In this document: positions 17,741-28,500 of the stretch, piece after piece | Layout of the letters: every line of letters starts with the position of its first letter | How positions within the stretch are numbered: position 1 is the first letter of the stretch | Notes under the pieces: generated by a model | Seen by the model: the letters and a program-made list of their open reading frames with translations, nothing else | Database searches by the model: none | Told to the model about the DNA's origin: nothing | Source: a bacterium | GTDB lineage: Bacteria > Ratteibacteria > UBA8468 > B48-G9 > DSTR01 | Assembly: GCA_029551285.1 (NCBI GenBank) | Contig: JAKPFT010000087.1 | Location: 168 to 64,167 of the forward strand | DNA length: 64,000 bases | Direction of reading: 5' to 3' | Made by a program: the position numbers and the translations under genes

Positions 17741-19710
17741 GGATAAGGATGAAGAAAACCGGGTTGAAGATATTGCCGGGTTTGCAAGTGGATTGCTACC
17801 GGTGTCAACACCTGGTGGTGGGTAGCGGCGCGGCTGGCTTAAACTGCGCTCTGTATCTAGCTGAAGCTGGCAAAGATGTGGCCATAGTAACCAGCCGGCT
17901 TTTAGGTGGGACCTCCTATAATTCTGGCTCTGACAAGCAGACCTATTACAAGATGAGCCTCTTCGGGGATACCGAGGATAGTCCTATTTCCATGGCCCGG
18001 GCTCTTTTTGAGGGTGGCGGGATGGATGGCGATTTAGCCTACATTGAAAGCCTGGGAAGCCTTCCGGCATTCTTTCGTCTGGTGGAAAAGGGTGTTCCCT
18101 TTCCGGCCAATGAGTATGGTGCTTTTGTCGGTTATAAGACAGACCACGACCCAAGACAGCGGGCTACCAGTGCCGGGCCGAAAACTTCCCGTTTTATGGT
18201 GGAAGTCCTGCTCAGGGAGGTGAAGCGCCTGGGGGTGCCGATTTTTGATGAAATCAGCGTCGTCAAACTGGTAACTGTGGGCAAGCGCCGGAAGAAAATT
18301 GTCGGTCTGGTGGGAATGGAGAGGAAAAAAGTAACTGGCCGGTCTTCAGGCATAGTGGTGTTTGAGGCCGAAGCGGTGATTCTGGCCACTGGAGGACCGG
18401 GAGAGCTCTACGCTAACAGTGTCTATCCTGCTGGACAGGTCAGTCTTCACGGAGTGGCGCTGGAAGCCGGAGTAGAAGCCGTAAACTTAGGCGAGTCCCA
18501 GTTTGGTCTGGCTTCCACTTCCTTCCGCTGGAATCTTTCCGGGACCTATCAGCAGGTTATTCCCTCCTACTTCAGTTGTGAGGAAGGTGGAAGGCGCCAC
18601 AACTTTCTAAAAAACTGGTATCGCCATCTGGGGGAAATGGCCAGCAACATTTTTCTGAAGGGGTACCAGTGGCCTTTTTCGGCTGAGCGGGTGGCAAATT
18701 TTGGTTCCTCCCTGATTGACCTGGCGGTTTATTTTGAGAAAAAAGAAGGCCGGGCGGTGATGATGGACTTCACGGAAAATCCGTGCTCTCAGGGAGAAGA
18801 ATTCAGTCTGGCTCTTCTTTCCGGGGAAGCACTCACTTATCTGAAACGTTCTGGAGCGCTTCAGGAAACACCCTACCTGAGGTTGCGCCGGATGAATCCT
18901 CAGGCCATAGAAATTTACCGGGAACACGGAATAGATCTGAAGCGACCCCTGTGCGTTGATGTCTGTTTCCAGCACAACAACGGTGGTCTGGCCGTGGACA
19001 CCAGCTGGCAAACAGCCATCAGCGGCCTTTTTGCCATCGGCGAGCTGGCTGGCACCCACGGCGTAAGACGGCCTGGTGGTGCGGCCTTAAACTCAGGTCA
19101 GGTGGGGGTAGCCAGGGCGGCGAAATACCTTCTGGAGTTGAGCCGGTCAACTGGCGAGGAAGAAGTTACCGGGTTGCTCCGGCAGGCTGCGGGCCAGGTG
19201 TGGCGGGAAAGTCAGCGCATGGTTTCCCAGAGAGGTCTTCAGCATCAAATTGTCCGCAAAGAAATTCAGCAGCGGATGAGCCAGGCGGCCGGTTTTCTGC
19301 GCTACCCTTCCCTGGTGGCTGAGGCTCTCAAGCAGGCCAGGAAACTTCTTAGAGAAATTGAAAATAGAGGCCTGTCAGCGAAAAAAAGCCAGTTGGTGAC
19401 TGCCTGGGAAACTAAAAGTCTGGTGTTGACCCACCTGGCCTTTCTGGCCTCAATAGACTTCTACCTCAGGAAAGGAGGCGGAAGTCGGGGCAGTTATCTG
19501 GTGGTCGTTGAAGACACTTTCAGGGAGAAAGCCGTTTTTTCCGTGAACAACAAGCAGGGTGAAGTCTTCCGCTGTCGGAAAGAAAAACTTTCTGACCGGG
19601 GCTTCAAGATAGTGGTGGACAGGGAAGGTAACTGCCAGGCAGTCAGGGTGAAACCGCTGCCTAAGGATGACAGCTGGTTTGAGACTATCTGGAAGTGTAC
19701 GGGGAAATAA
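17737..19710 (+). CDS. FAD-binding flavoprotein (succinate dehydrogenase/fumarate reductase-like superfamily), function unknown
   Basis: GSGAAG, LATGG, QHNNGG, LFAIGE and GGAALN; the start could be ATG 17749. Confidence 0.8.
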   Translation: MRIRMKKTGLKILPGLQVDCYRCQHLVVGSGAAGLNCALYLAEAGKDVAIVTSRLLGGTSYNSGSDKQTYYKMSLFGDTEDSPISMARALFEGGGMDGDLAYIESLGSLPAFFRLVEKGVPFPANEYGAFVGYKTDHDPRQRATSAGPKTSRFMVEVLLREVKRLGVPIFDEISVVKLVTVGKRRKKIVGLVGMERKKVTGRSSGIVVFEAEAVILATGGPGELYANSVYPAGQVSLHGVALEAGVEAVNLGESQFGLASTSFRWNLSGTYQQVIPSYFSCEEGGRRHNFLKNWYRHLGEMASNIFLKGYQWPFSAERVANFGSSLIDLAVYFEKKEGRAVMMDFTENPCSQGEEFSLALLSGEALTYLKRSGALQETPYLRLRRMNPQAIEIYREHGIDLKRPLCVDVCFQHNNGGLAVDTSWQTAISGLFAIGELAGTHGVRRPGGAALNSGQVGVARAAKYLLELSRSTGEEEVTGLLRQAAGQVWRESQRMVSQRGLQHQIVRKEIQQRMSQAAGFLRYPSLVAEALKQARKLLREIENRGLSAKKSQLVTAWETKSLVLTHLAFLASIDFYLRKGGGSRGSYLVVVEDTFREKAVFSVNNKQGEVFRCRKEKLSDRGFKIVVDREGNCQAVRVKPLPKDDSWFETIWKCTGK

Positions 19711-19776
19711 TCTGATTTCTCTGCGGGGTGAGAGAAAGCGGTAGCGCTGTCACAGGGACGGCCGCCCCAAGGAAAG

Positions 19777-19794
19777 TAATCCCGGCCGGGATTA
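19777..19794. terminator. Perfect palindrome between convergent genes
   Basis: TAATCCCGGCCGGGATTA directly abuts the amrS stop; no clear U-tract. Confidence 0.35.
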
Positions 19795-20808
19795 TTATGA
19801 AAAAAGAAGGCCAGGAACAGTTGCCCCGCAGACAGCGCAGCGATTCCGGGAAAGCCCTACCCGGGAAATAGAATAACCCCGGCGCCGGATCAGGAGCTGG
19901 TGACACTTGTGGCAGTAAGTATTTTCGCCTTCGTCGCCGGGTATGTTTCCCGTATAGACATACTGCAGTCCTGCCTGGAAGCCAATCTGGCGTGCAGCCG
20001 TTATGGTAGCGACCGGCGTTGGCCCCCGGTCAAGCAGCCGGTACATAGGAAAGAAACGGCTCAGATGCCAGGGAATTTCAGGGCTGATGCTGACCAGTGT
20101 TTCTGCTAACTGGCCGAGCAGTTTCTCATTATCATTCTCGCCGGGAATAATCAGAGTGGTCACCTCCACCCAGATACCGAGTTTTTTCATCCTTCTGATA
20201 TTTTCCACCACCGGCTGCTGTCGGGCATGGCACAGCCTGCGGTAGAAAGAATCGTCTCCCTTCAGGTCCACATTGGCCGCATCCAGAACCGGAGCCAGCA
20301 GTTCCAGAGCCTGCTGGCTCATGTATCCATTGGTAACAAAGTTGTTTTTGAGACCTTTTTCTTTAGCCAGTCGGGCCACTTTCAGGGCATACTCTAAGAA
20401 GATGGTCGGCTCAGTATAGGTATAAGAGATGCTGAGGCAGTTAGCCGCCTGAGCCTGTTGAATTACTTTCTCCGGAGGCACAAACTTCTCATGGGTTGGC
20501 CAGTGCCTTTCTTTGGGAGCCTGAGAAATCTCAGCGTTCTGGCAGAAGGTGCAGGCAAAGTTGCATCCGACCGTGGCGATGGAATAAGACAGCGAACCGG
20601 GAAGGAAGTGATAAAAGGGTTTCTTTTCTATCGGGTCCACATTTTCCGCGATTAACTGGCCGTAAACCTCGCTGTAGAGTTTCCCCTGCCGGTTAAGGCG
20701 CACCCCGCAGAAACCCCTCTGACCTTCCTTAATCACGCACGACTGGTGGCACAACTGGCAGCGGACGGTGTGGTTTTCCATCTTTTCCCAGAGAATAGCC
20801 TCGTACAT
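19795..20808 (-). CDS. amrS: AmmeMemoRadiSam system radical SAM enzyme
   Basis: CQLCHQSC..GFCGVR, DPIEKKP.YHF.PG, CNFACTFCQN, YTYTEP and YVYTGN. Confidence 0.9.
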   Translation of the reverse strand: MYEAILWEKMENHTVRCQLCHQSCVIKEGQRGFCGVRLNRQGKLYSEVYGQLIAENVDPIEKKPFYHFLPGSLSYSIATVGCNFACTFCQNAEISQAPKERHWPTHEKFVPPEKVIQQAQAANCLSISYTYTEPTIFLEYALKVARLAKEKGLKNNFVTNGYMSQQALELLAPVLDAANVDLKGDDSFYRRLCHARQQPVVENIRRMKKLGIWVEVTTLIIPGENDNEKLLGQLAETLVSISPEIPWHLSRFFPMYRLLDRGPTPVATITAARQIGFQAGLQYVYTGNIPGDEGENTYCHKCHQLLIRRRGYSISRVGLSRNRCAVCGATVPGLLFS

Positions 20809-20819
20809 TGTTAGCCCCT

Positions 20820-22895
20820 TCAGAATTCACACGTCTGCTTCCAGCAGTGGGCCAGCGTGGCCGGCGAGAAAAACTCATCCAGTTCGTTAAGGTCGTGACC
20901 CAGGTAGAGGACTTGCTGCGGCCGGCTGCCGTAACGGAACACGGTGATACCTTTACAGTTAGATTTCCAGGCCATCAAAAAAATCTTTCTGACATCGGCC
21001 ACGGTGGCTTCCGCCGGAAGATTCACCGTCTTGGAGACAGCGTTATCAGTGTATTTCTGGAAGGCAGCCTGCATCTTCAGGTGCTGGGTGGGAGAAAGGT
21101 CAAAGGCCGTAACAAAGAGCCGTCGCAGATGTTCAGGAATACCGGGCAAACCAGCCAGACTTCCCCGGGTCATTACCTGGCGCATCAGAGAGACGCTGAG
21201 TATGCCGGCTTTTTCCGCTGCCCGCTCAAAGACCGGATTCACTTCCAGAAATGTCCGGCCATTCAGGATGCGCCGGAGAAAAGTTAGTCCAAAAAAGGGT
21301 TCAATACCGCTGGAACAGTTAGCAATCACACTGATGGTGCCGGTAGGCGCGATGGTTGTTCTCGTCGCATGGCGCAGGGCCTGGACTTTTCTGTGGTAGC
21401 GGCTCAGGGGAAAATTCGGGAAAGAACCTCTTTCCTCACCCAGACGACAGGAGTAAGAAAAGGCTGTCTGGTTGATGAACTTCATCACCTCTTCCGCTAA
21501 CTCAAAACTCTTCTGGCTGCCATAGGCAAGACCAAGCTGGGCGAGAGTGTCGGCCCAGCCCATGATGCCCAGTCCAATCTTCCGGTTAGCCCGGGTAATC
21601 TGTTCCACCTGGGGCAGCGGAAAACGGTTGACTTCAATAACGTCGTCCAGGAAGCGCACTGCCAGTTCCACCAGTTGTTTCAATTTTTCCCAGTTAATTT
21701 TATCTTTCTCCACCACCCTGGTTAGATTGATGGAACCCAGATTACACGATTCAAAAGGTAAAAGTGGTTGTTCTCCACAGGGATTACAGGCTTCAATTTT
21801 GCCCAGGCCCGGGGTGGGATTGGCGCGATTGACGGCATCCAGGAAAATCAATCCCGGTTCTCCGCTCTCCCAGGCGCATTGGGCCATCATCTCAAAAACT
21901 TCTCTGGCCGGTAATCTTCTGGTGGTCTGGTTGGTACGCGGGTTAATCAGGGGGTAATCCTGCCGCTGCAGCACCCTTTTCAAAAAATCGTCGGTGACCG
22001 CCACGGAGAGATTGAAATTGGTAAATCGCTGTGTCCTTTTGGCCGCGATGAACTCTAAGATGTCCGGGTGGTCTACCCTCAAAATCCCCATGTTGGCTCC
22101 GCGGCGACGGCCTCCCTGTTTCACCACCGAAGTAGCCGCATCAAAAATTTCCATGAAAGACAGGGGGCCGGAAGCCTGCCCCCGCGTAGAAGCTACCAGG
22201 TCTCCGCGAGGTCTCAACCGGGAAAAGGAAAAGCCTGTTCCCCCTCCGCTCTGGTGAATCAACGCCATGTTCTTCAGGGCTTCAAAAATTCCCTCAATGG
22301 AGTCCTCAACCGGTAGCACAAAACAGGCGGAAAGCTGTCCCAGACTGGTTCCAGCATTCATCAGGGTTGGAGAATTGGGCAGAAACTCCAGGTTGGTCAT
22401 CAGGGAAAAGAATTTCTCCTCGTATTCAGAAACGCTGCCGCCAAAATTGCTTTCCCCTGAAGCCACATGATGAGCCACCCGACGGAAAAGTTCTTCTGGT
22501 TTTTCCACCACCTGGCCATTGAGTCGCAGCAGGTACCGCTCTTTAAGTACTGCTGCGGCCGTTACCGAAAGTTTGAGGCGTCCCTCCACTCCCAGAACAG
22601 TTTTGCTCTCTCTGAGAAGGCGGCGCTGATCGCGGTAACGAATGTAGGCTGAGGCCACCGGCGCAAGATTGTTCTCCATCAGCACCTGTTCCACTGTATC
22701 CTGAATTTCCTCTACGTGGGGATAGCCACCGGGTGTCTTCTTTAGCTTCTCCAGGACACATTGAGTAAGATAGGCTGCTCTTCCCGGAGCCGTTAAGTGA
22801 CAGGCAGCGAGGGCCTTGCTGATGGCAGTTTCAATTCTAACTGGAGAAAATTTCTCTAAGGATCCGTCCCGTTTCCGGACGCGAGTAAGCTTCAT
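20820..22895 (-). CDS. nrdJ: Class II (B12-dependent) ribonucleotide reductase with ATP cone
   Basis: KRDG ATP cone, PNSPTLMNAG, LSACFV, NPCGE, SCNLGS, TIAPTGT and a C-terminal Cys pair. Confidence 0.93.
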   Translation of the reverse strand: MKLTRVRKRDGSLEKFSPVRIETAISKALAACHLTAPGRAAYLTQCVLEKLKKTPGGYPHVEEIQDTVEQVLMENNLAPVASAYIRYRDQRRLLRESKTVLGVEGRLKLSVTAAAVLKERYLLRLNGQVVEKPEELFRRVAHHVASGESNFGGSVSEYEEKFFSLMTNLEFLPNSPTLMNAGTSLGQLSACFVLPVEDSIEGIFEALKNMALIHQSGGGTGFSFSRLRPRGDLVASTRGQASGPLSFMEIFDAATSVVKQGGRRRGANMGILRVDHPDILEFIAAKRTQRFTNFNLSVAVTDDFLKRVLQRQDYPLINPRTNQTTRRLPAREVFEMMAQCAWESGEPGLIFLDAVNRANPTPGLGKIEACNPCGEQPLLPFESCNLGSINLTRVVEKDKINWEKLKQLVELAVRFLDDVIEVNRFPLPQVEQITRANRKIGLGIMGWADTLAQLGLAYGSQKSFELAEEVMKFINQTAFSYSCRLGEERGSFPNFPLSRYHRKVQALRHATRTTIAPTGTISVIANCSSGIEPFFGLTFLRRILNGRTFLEVNPVFERAAEKAGILSVSLMRQVMTRGSLAGLPGIPEHLRRLFVTAFDLSPTQHLKMQAAFQKYTDNAVSKTVNLPAEATVADVRKIFLMAWKSNCKGITVFRYGSRPQQVLYLGHDLNELDEFFSPATLAHCWKQTCEF

Positions 22896-23710
22896 CGCAG
22901 GTGGTAACTTAAAAGAAGAGGTGTGTTGTTACGGATTACTTCTACCGTGACAGTTTTTGTGGCTGAATTCAGAACCTGCTGATAGACCGCAAAAGCTCTG
23001 GCCAGACTGTCAATCAGCACACCGTTGACCCGGCGGATGATATCGCCGCTGCGCAACCCGTACTGGTAGGGCAGGCTATTTTCCGGCACCTGGCTGACCC
23101 GGAAGCCCTCTACCCTGCCCTCTTCGGTGATAAACGGGGACACCTTGAAGTTTTCCATAAGGTTGGGCGTGTCTCTCAGTTGGTTCAGCACTTCAGAGAC
23201 AGATACAGCCAAGGGTTCCTGAGCCACCGGCGGAGCCGTTGTTGCCTCCCGGCCTGACACAGGCAAAACAACTGTCTTAGTGGCCGGTTCTTTCCCCTTT
23301 TCTATGGTAACTGCCGCCGGCTGTGTTCCTGAAGAAGCCAGCGTTGTTTCTGGCAGGGACAGGCTAACTTCTTTCCCCTCGTATTCAAAAACCACCCTTT
23401 TTTCTTCAATGCGGGCGATGACGGCGCCAGCGCAGACAATTTCTCCTTGCCGGAAAAGGCTCTCTTCGTTCTGGTTTTTTAACCGCAGGACAGCCATGGA
23501 ACCAACCTGAGGAGCGTAGATGATGCCTTTTAACTCAACCAGAGTGTCAAGAGCCGGTGCTGGCTGAGGTTTAAGAATACTGTACCTGACAGGCGTTTTC
23601 GGTGGCGCCGGCTGGGTAAAAACATTTTTCTTGAGGATTAAATTTGTGTCTGTCCGGGAAGCAGCCGCCGCCAGAATAAGGCAAAGAAAGGTTAAGAACA
23701 CTTTTCTCAT
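22892..23710 (-). CDS. gspC: Type II secretion protein C-like with PDZ domain
   Basis: N-terminal hydrophobic anchor, HR domain (LKGII..MAVL), PDZ (GFRV..GLRSGDII..VNG). Confidence 0.7.
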   Translation of the reverse strand: MRKVFLTFLCLILAAAASRTDTNLILKKNVFTQPAPPKTPVRYSILKPQPAPALDTLVELKGIIYAPQVGSMAVLRLKNQNEESLFRQGEIVCAGAVIARIEEKRVVFEYEGKEVSLSLPETTLASSGTQPAAVTIEKGKEPATKTVVLPVSGREATTAPPVAQEPLAVSVSEVLNQLRDTPNLMENFKVSPFITEEGRVEGFRVSQVPENSLPYQYGLRSGDIIRRVNGVLIDSLARAFAVYQQVLNSATKTVTVEVIRNNTPLLLSYHLR

Positions 23711-24900
23711 GAACCAGCTCCGAGAGCCAGTTGTAAGATACCAATCAGGTCAAAGATGTCAATACTGGCATCCTGGTTGAGGTCAGCCGCGGAGATAAGT
23801 TTCTCCGGATAAGGCACCTGGTAGGTGAAACTGCCCAGGGAAACTTCACTTTCAGTGGCCATTCTCAGACATAAAACGACATCAATGACATTGACCGTCC
23901 CGTCAAAATTCAGGTCGCCTTTTCTCACCACCGGGTCGGTGAGAGAAAAATTTACGCTGGAAAGATTCTGCCCCGGAAGAACCGTTACTGGATTGTCAGG
24001 ATAGAAATGAGAAGGCTCGGTCAAAACATCAAACAAGCCGTCACCGTTGGCGTCAAGAAAAGCCCAGAGGTAGTAGCATCCGGTGGAAACAGAAGAGATG
24101 GTAAAAGGACCAGGACCGGGAGAGACCGTTGAATAAGCCGGGACGCTCAGGTAAGAGTTCGCGGGAAGCAGATAGATGAAGATTAAACCAGCACAGTTTC
24201 CCTGATAGTCTATCCATCCCGAGATTGAACCCGGTTGTGTCTGGACGGTGTAGGTGGCGGAAGCGACACTGCTGGGATTAAGTCCGGACTTGTAAGCACG
24301 CGCCTTCAGGCTACAACTGCTGGTGAGATTCAATGGTGTGGTATAGAGCGGCGAAGTTAAGCCCGGGTCACTGCCGTCAGTGGTATATCTGATGGTGGCC
24401 CCTGGTGTCTCGCAGGAAAGAGAGACATTGACCGGGCTGGTGTAACTACCTGGCGCCGGCGAAAAAATAGGTTCAATGACTGTATTAACCTGGGTAATTC
24501 TCTGGCTGCCAGAGATCGGAATCTTCATTTCTCCGCTGGCGCTGATTGTTCCGGAAAACTTACAGGTACCTGCGGCGTTTGAAGGAATCTGAATCGTATA
24601 ACTGATGGTAAAGGAACTCACCCCGGAGGTACTGTACTGCAGCCAGGTGTAGGTCTGGCCGATTACTTTAATATAGGAAGGTACAGCCGAAGAAATGGTC
24701 CAGCCTTCAGGCACGGTTTCGTTGACAATCACGGCGGCCGGCGGGTTGGCCGGGTCAGTACTCACATTGATGGTGACCTGGACTGAACCACCGGGAACGA
24801 AGGTTGCGGGAAGGTTTCTGCTGGCGCTGGTACCTGCCTGAAGACCGTTCACCAGGGGGACCAGCAGAAGCAAAACACAGAAGATGCAGGTTTTACACAT
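23707..24900 (-). CDS. Secreted protein: Ig/cohesin-like domain, Fn3-associated (YTTDGSDP) domain, C-terminal dockerin
   Basis: Signal peptide; RNLP..PG..VTI..E.VP.GW; IRYTTDGSDP; GDLNFDG..D and ADLNQD..D. Confidence 0.8.
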   Translation of the reverse strand: MCKTCIFCVLLLLVPLVNGLQAGTSASRNLPATFVPGGSVQVTINVSTDPANPPAAVIVNETVPEGWTISSAVPSYIKVIGQTYTWLQYSTSGVSSFTISYTIQIPSNAAGTCKFSGTISASGEMKIPISGSQRITQVNTVIEPIFSPAPGSYTSPVNVSLSCETPGATIRYTTDGSDPGLTSPLYTTPLNLTSSCSLKARAYKSGLNPSSVASATYTVQTQPGSISGWIDYQGNCAGLIFIYLLPANSYLSVPAYSTVSPGPGPFTISSVSTGCYYLWAFLDANGDGLFDVLTEPSHFYPDNPVTVLPGQNLSSVNFSLTDPVVRKGDLNFDGTVNVIDVVLCLRMATESEVSLGSFTYQVPYPEKLISAADLNQDASIDIFDLIGILQLALGAGS

Positions 24901-24916
24901 GGCTTTTCCCTGAAAA

Positions 24917-25549
24917 CTAATTTCTGGTAATCTTTCTTAAGAGGAGGATGACATCAAGGATATCCACGATGTCATTGCCATCAAGGTCAGCCCGGTTTAG
25001 AACCGGTGGTTCCATTCCCAGAGCCATTCGAAGACAGAGGGCAAGGTCAACAATATCAAGATTTTTGTCCCCGCTGATGTCGCCGGCGATGTAGATAATT
25101 TCTCCGGAAGTCAGGTTGACATTACGCGCCCACCCGTCGGCCCAGCTATTGGAATCCGGACCAAGGCACACGGCCTGGTATTCTATACCTTTTCGAGCAT
25201 CCCAGATTCTGAAGGTAATCGTATCACCCTGGCGGGCGCCCTCATCCACTGTCGGTGTGGTGATGTCATCACCGTAGACTTCCATAAAGCCGTAGAATCC
25301 GGCAGTGTGAATTACAAATCTGCCGCAGAGCACACCATTTGGGTCAAAAGCTGCCACCTCATCGCCAGGCTGTCCGGCCACTCCATTAATACTCACCTGC
25401 CCGTAGAAAGGGCATGAAGTTGGCGTGTTGATGGGAGTTGCAAAGTGGGCTGCCAGCAAAAGGTTGCTTTCAACGAAGAGAATAGCACCGACGACAAACC
25501 CGGTTTGTCTCTTTCTCCACCCCACTTTGCTCCTTTCTATTGTGACCAT
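24917..25549 (-). CDS. Secreted protein: one GDD..DEGA domain plus dockerin
   Basis: FYG..GDEVAAFDP.G..CG..YG...VYGDD..TP..DEGA..GD.ITF; GDISGD and ADLDGND repeats. Confidence 0.8.
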   Translation of the reverse strand: MVTIERSKVGWRKRQTGFVVGAILFVESNLLLAAHFATPINTPTSCPFYGQVSINGVAGQPGDEVAAFDPNGVLCGRFVIHTAGFYGFMEVYGDDITTPTVDEGARQGDTITFRIWDARKGIEYQAVCLGPDSNSWADGWARNVNLTSGEIIYIAGDISGDKNLDIVDLALCLRMALGMEPPVLNRADLDGNDIVDILDVILLLRKITRN

Positions 25550-28500
25550 CTCAGTTGCCCATTCTCAGAGAGTTTAATCCAGTAACCGTAACCAGGAGCA
25601 AAGTAATGCAGGGTGTTGAAGATCGGCGTATCTGGCTTGTAAGTATGATAACCGTCAGCGTCAAAACTGCGGATGTAGGTAAACTGGCCAGTTAGAGAAG
25701 TGAGAACAGCACCAACATCATCAACCTTGATGGCTTCCGTGACATCTTCCGGTAGAGTTACTAACGGTGCAGTAGCAGTATCATAGTAACACACTGGTGC
25801 CCAGCACCCGACCAGAACCCAGCGGCGATTCGCATCCACTGTCACAGAAAGAGTGTCAGTCGGTGAGATTTTGGCGCCAAGCAGTTCCAGGGTAACGTCT
25901 TCTTTCATCTTAATCCAGTATCCATAGCCAGGCGCTAAGTAATTTAGAGTGTTGTACTGTGGTGTGTCAGGATAATAGGTATGGTAGCCGTCTTTATCAA
26001 AACTGCGGATGACCTCAAACTTGCCAGCGATGGAAGAAAGAGCCTGGGCAATATCGTTTACCGGAACCGCCTCTGTTCCGGAAAGGGTAGCAACATCTGG
26101 CGGGTTTTGGCTGGAGTAGTAAAGACGGTTCACCGAGAAACTGAACAAATTCCAGCCGGCCTTAAGTGGAATCCTCTGGCCCACATCAAGGTTCACCTGC
26201 CGGGAGTCACCGTTTGCAGTCCAGGTAGCATTATCCGGTCCCAGGGGTTTGGCTGTGTAAGTCTTTTTCTCGCTTGCCTTCCAGATTCTGAAAGTCAGAC
26301 CTTCACCGGGACTGGCTCCTTCATCAACGCCGGAAGTATCCGGGTCGTCGCCGTAAACCAGTAAATCACCGTAAGAACCGGTGTTGGTAACCAGGAAACT
26401 TCCACAGCACACGCCGCTGCTATCATAAACAGCAATTTCATCGCCGGCTGCGGCATCCACAGTGAAAATTTTAACGGTGCCGTGGAACCTGACCGAATAA
26501 TTACTCTGGGTGAAGGGCAGGAAATGGTAGAAGTTGGCCGTGACTTCTTTAGGCCCATTCATGGTGACACTGACCGGGTTAGTGGTTCCGGAAAGACTGC
26601 CGCTCCACCCGGTGAAAGTATAGTCACTGCTGGCTGTGGCCTGGACCTGCACCTGGCTGCCGCTGTCGTACCAGTTGCTTTCTGGACTGACACTTCCGCC
26701 AAAAGAGTTATTCACGCCGGTGGTGAGGTAGTACTGGGTCGTCCAGGAAAGATTCAGGGTTTTAGCCTCATTCATCAGCAGAGAACCGGAAGCCGGTGAA
26801 GTCACGTATCTGATGCCGGTCCCTCCGGAAACAGGTGTGGTGACCGACCAGTTGGCCGTAGTTCCTGCATCGTACCAGCCTTCGCCCTGTGGATTGCCGT
26901 ATTCAGAGTTAATTTTCAGGTAATACTGCGTTTTCCAGAGCCAGGTAACGGCAGAAGGTTCGTTGATGGTAAAAGTCAGGGAACTGTCAGTTCCGCTGGC
27001 TGGCGCACTGCCAGTACCGGTCCAGCCGGTGCAGACATATTGCGTGGAACCCACAGTCACTGGTGTGGTCACTGCAGAACCGACCAGGGAACCAGCGTTG
27101 TACCAGTCTTCACCACTGGGGCTGCCATGCTGGGAAATCACCGTGAAGTAGTACTGGGTCGTCCAGGAAATTACCACGGTATCAGGCTCATTCATGACCT
27201 TGCTTCCAGAACTCGGAGCGGTGACAAAACGAATTCCTGTTCCGCCTGACCACGGACTGGTGACCGACCAGTTGGCTGTAGTTCCCGCATCGTACCAGCC
27301 TTCGCCCTGTGGATTACCATGTTCGGAAACGACGCTGAGGTAGTACTGGGTCGTCCAGGAAATAGTTACTGTGTTCGGCGCGTTCATGACTACAGAACCG
27401 GAGGAGGGTCTGGCTTCGTATCTTGTGCCGGTTGTGCCTGCTACTGGCGAGTCAACCGACCAGTTAGCCGTGCTTCCCGCGTTATACCAGCCAGCGCCAG
27501 CAGGGCTGCCATGAGCAGAAACAATCGTCAGGTAGTACTGGGTAACCCAGGTAATGTTGACAGTTTTTGGCCCATCCATAAAGACGCTTCCAGAAGCTGG
27601 AATAGCTACATACTGAACGCCAGTAGCACCAGCCACCGGTGAGTTTACTGACCAGTTGGCCGAAGTTCCTTCATTATACCAGCCAGCACCAACCGGCGTG
27701 CCGTAAGTTGAGTTAAGCGTCAGGTAGTACTGCGTAATCCAGGAAATGGTGATAGTTTTTGGCCCATCCATGAGTACGCTGCCAGAAGAAGGAACAGCCA
27801 CATAGCGCACACCCTCAGCCCCGGCTACCGGGGAAGTGACTGACCAGTTGGCCGTAGTTCCTGCATCGTACCAGCCAGCGCCAACCGGTGTGCCGTAAGC
27901 CGAAACTATGGTCAGAAGATACTGCGTTTTCCAGTTCCAGGTGATGGTGGAGTTGTTGGTAATGGTGAAGGTTACGGAAGTAGCCGTACCGCTGGTCGGC
28001 ACATCTCCGGTTCCAGTCCAGCCGGTGCAGACATACCGGATGCCGGTTTCCCCAGCCACCGGAGAGACCACCGAGGCTGTTACTTGCGTCAGGGTGTCGT
28101 AGATGTGAAGGCCAGCCGAAGGTTCTGGAGAACCATAAGCACTGCTGACCGTAAGACTGGCGCCGGTGGAAAGATTTACTTCCAGGGGGTCTGCGGATGG
28201 GTCCCACAACGGAGTGACCGAGGCAATGGCCAGATACTCTTTCTGTTCACTGGCGTCCCAGATACGGAAGGTGATGGTGTCACCATTTTCCGCTCCTTCA
28301 TCCTCAGCCGGGGTAGTGCTGTCATCCCCGTAAACTGGAAGATACCCGTAATAGCCAGCATGTTCCACGACAAAAGCGCCGCAGCAAACCCCCTGCGGGT
28401 CAAAAGCGCCGACTTCGTCTCCTGACTGAGCCGGCACTCCGTTGATGGTAATCACTCCATAAAATTCTCTCACTGAGGGTGTTTTCGCCACCGGTGTGTA

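Noticed and set aside
19738..19746. ops-like GCGGTAGCG
   Set aside because: It lies between convergent gene ends where it would have no role, showing that such matches can occur by chance.
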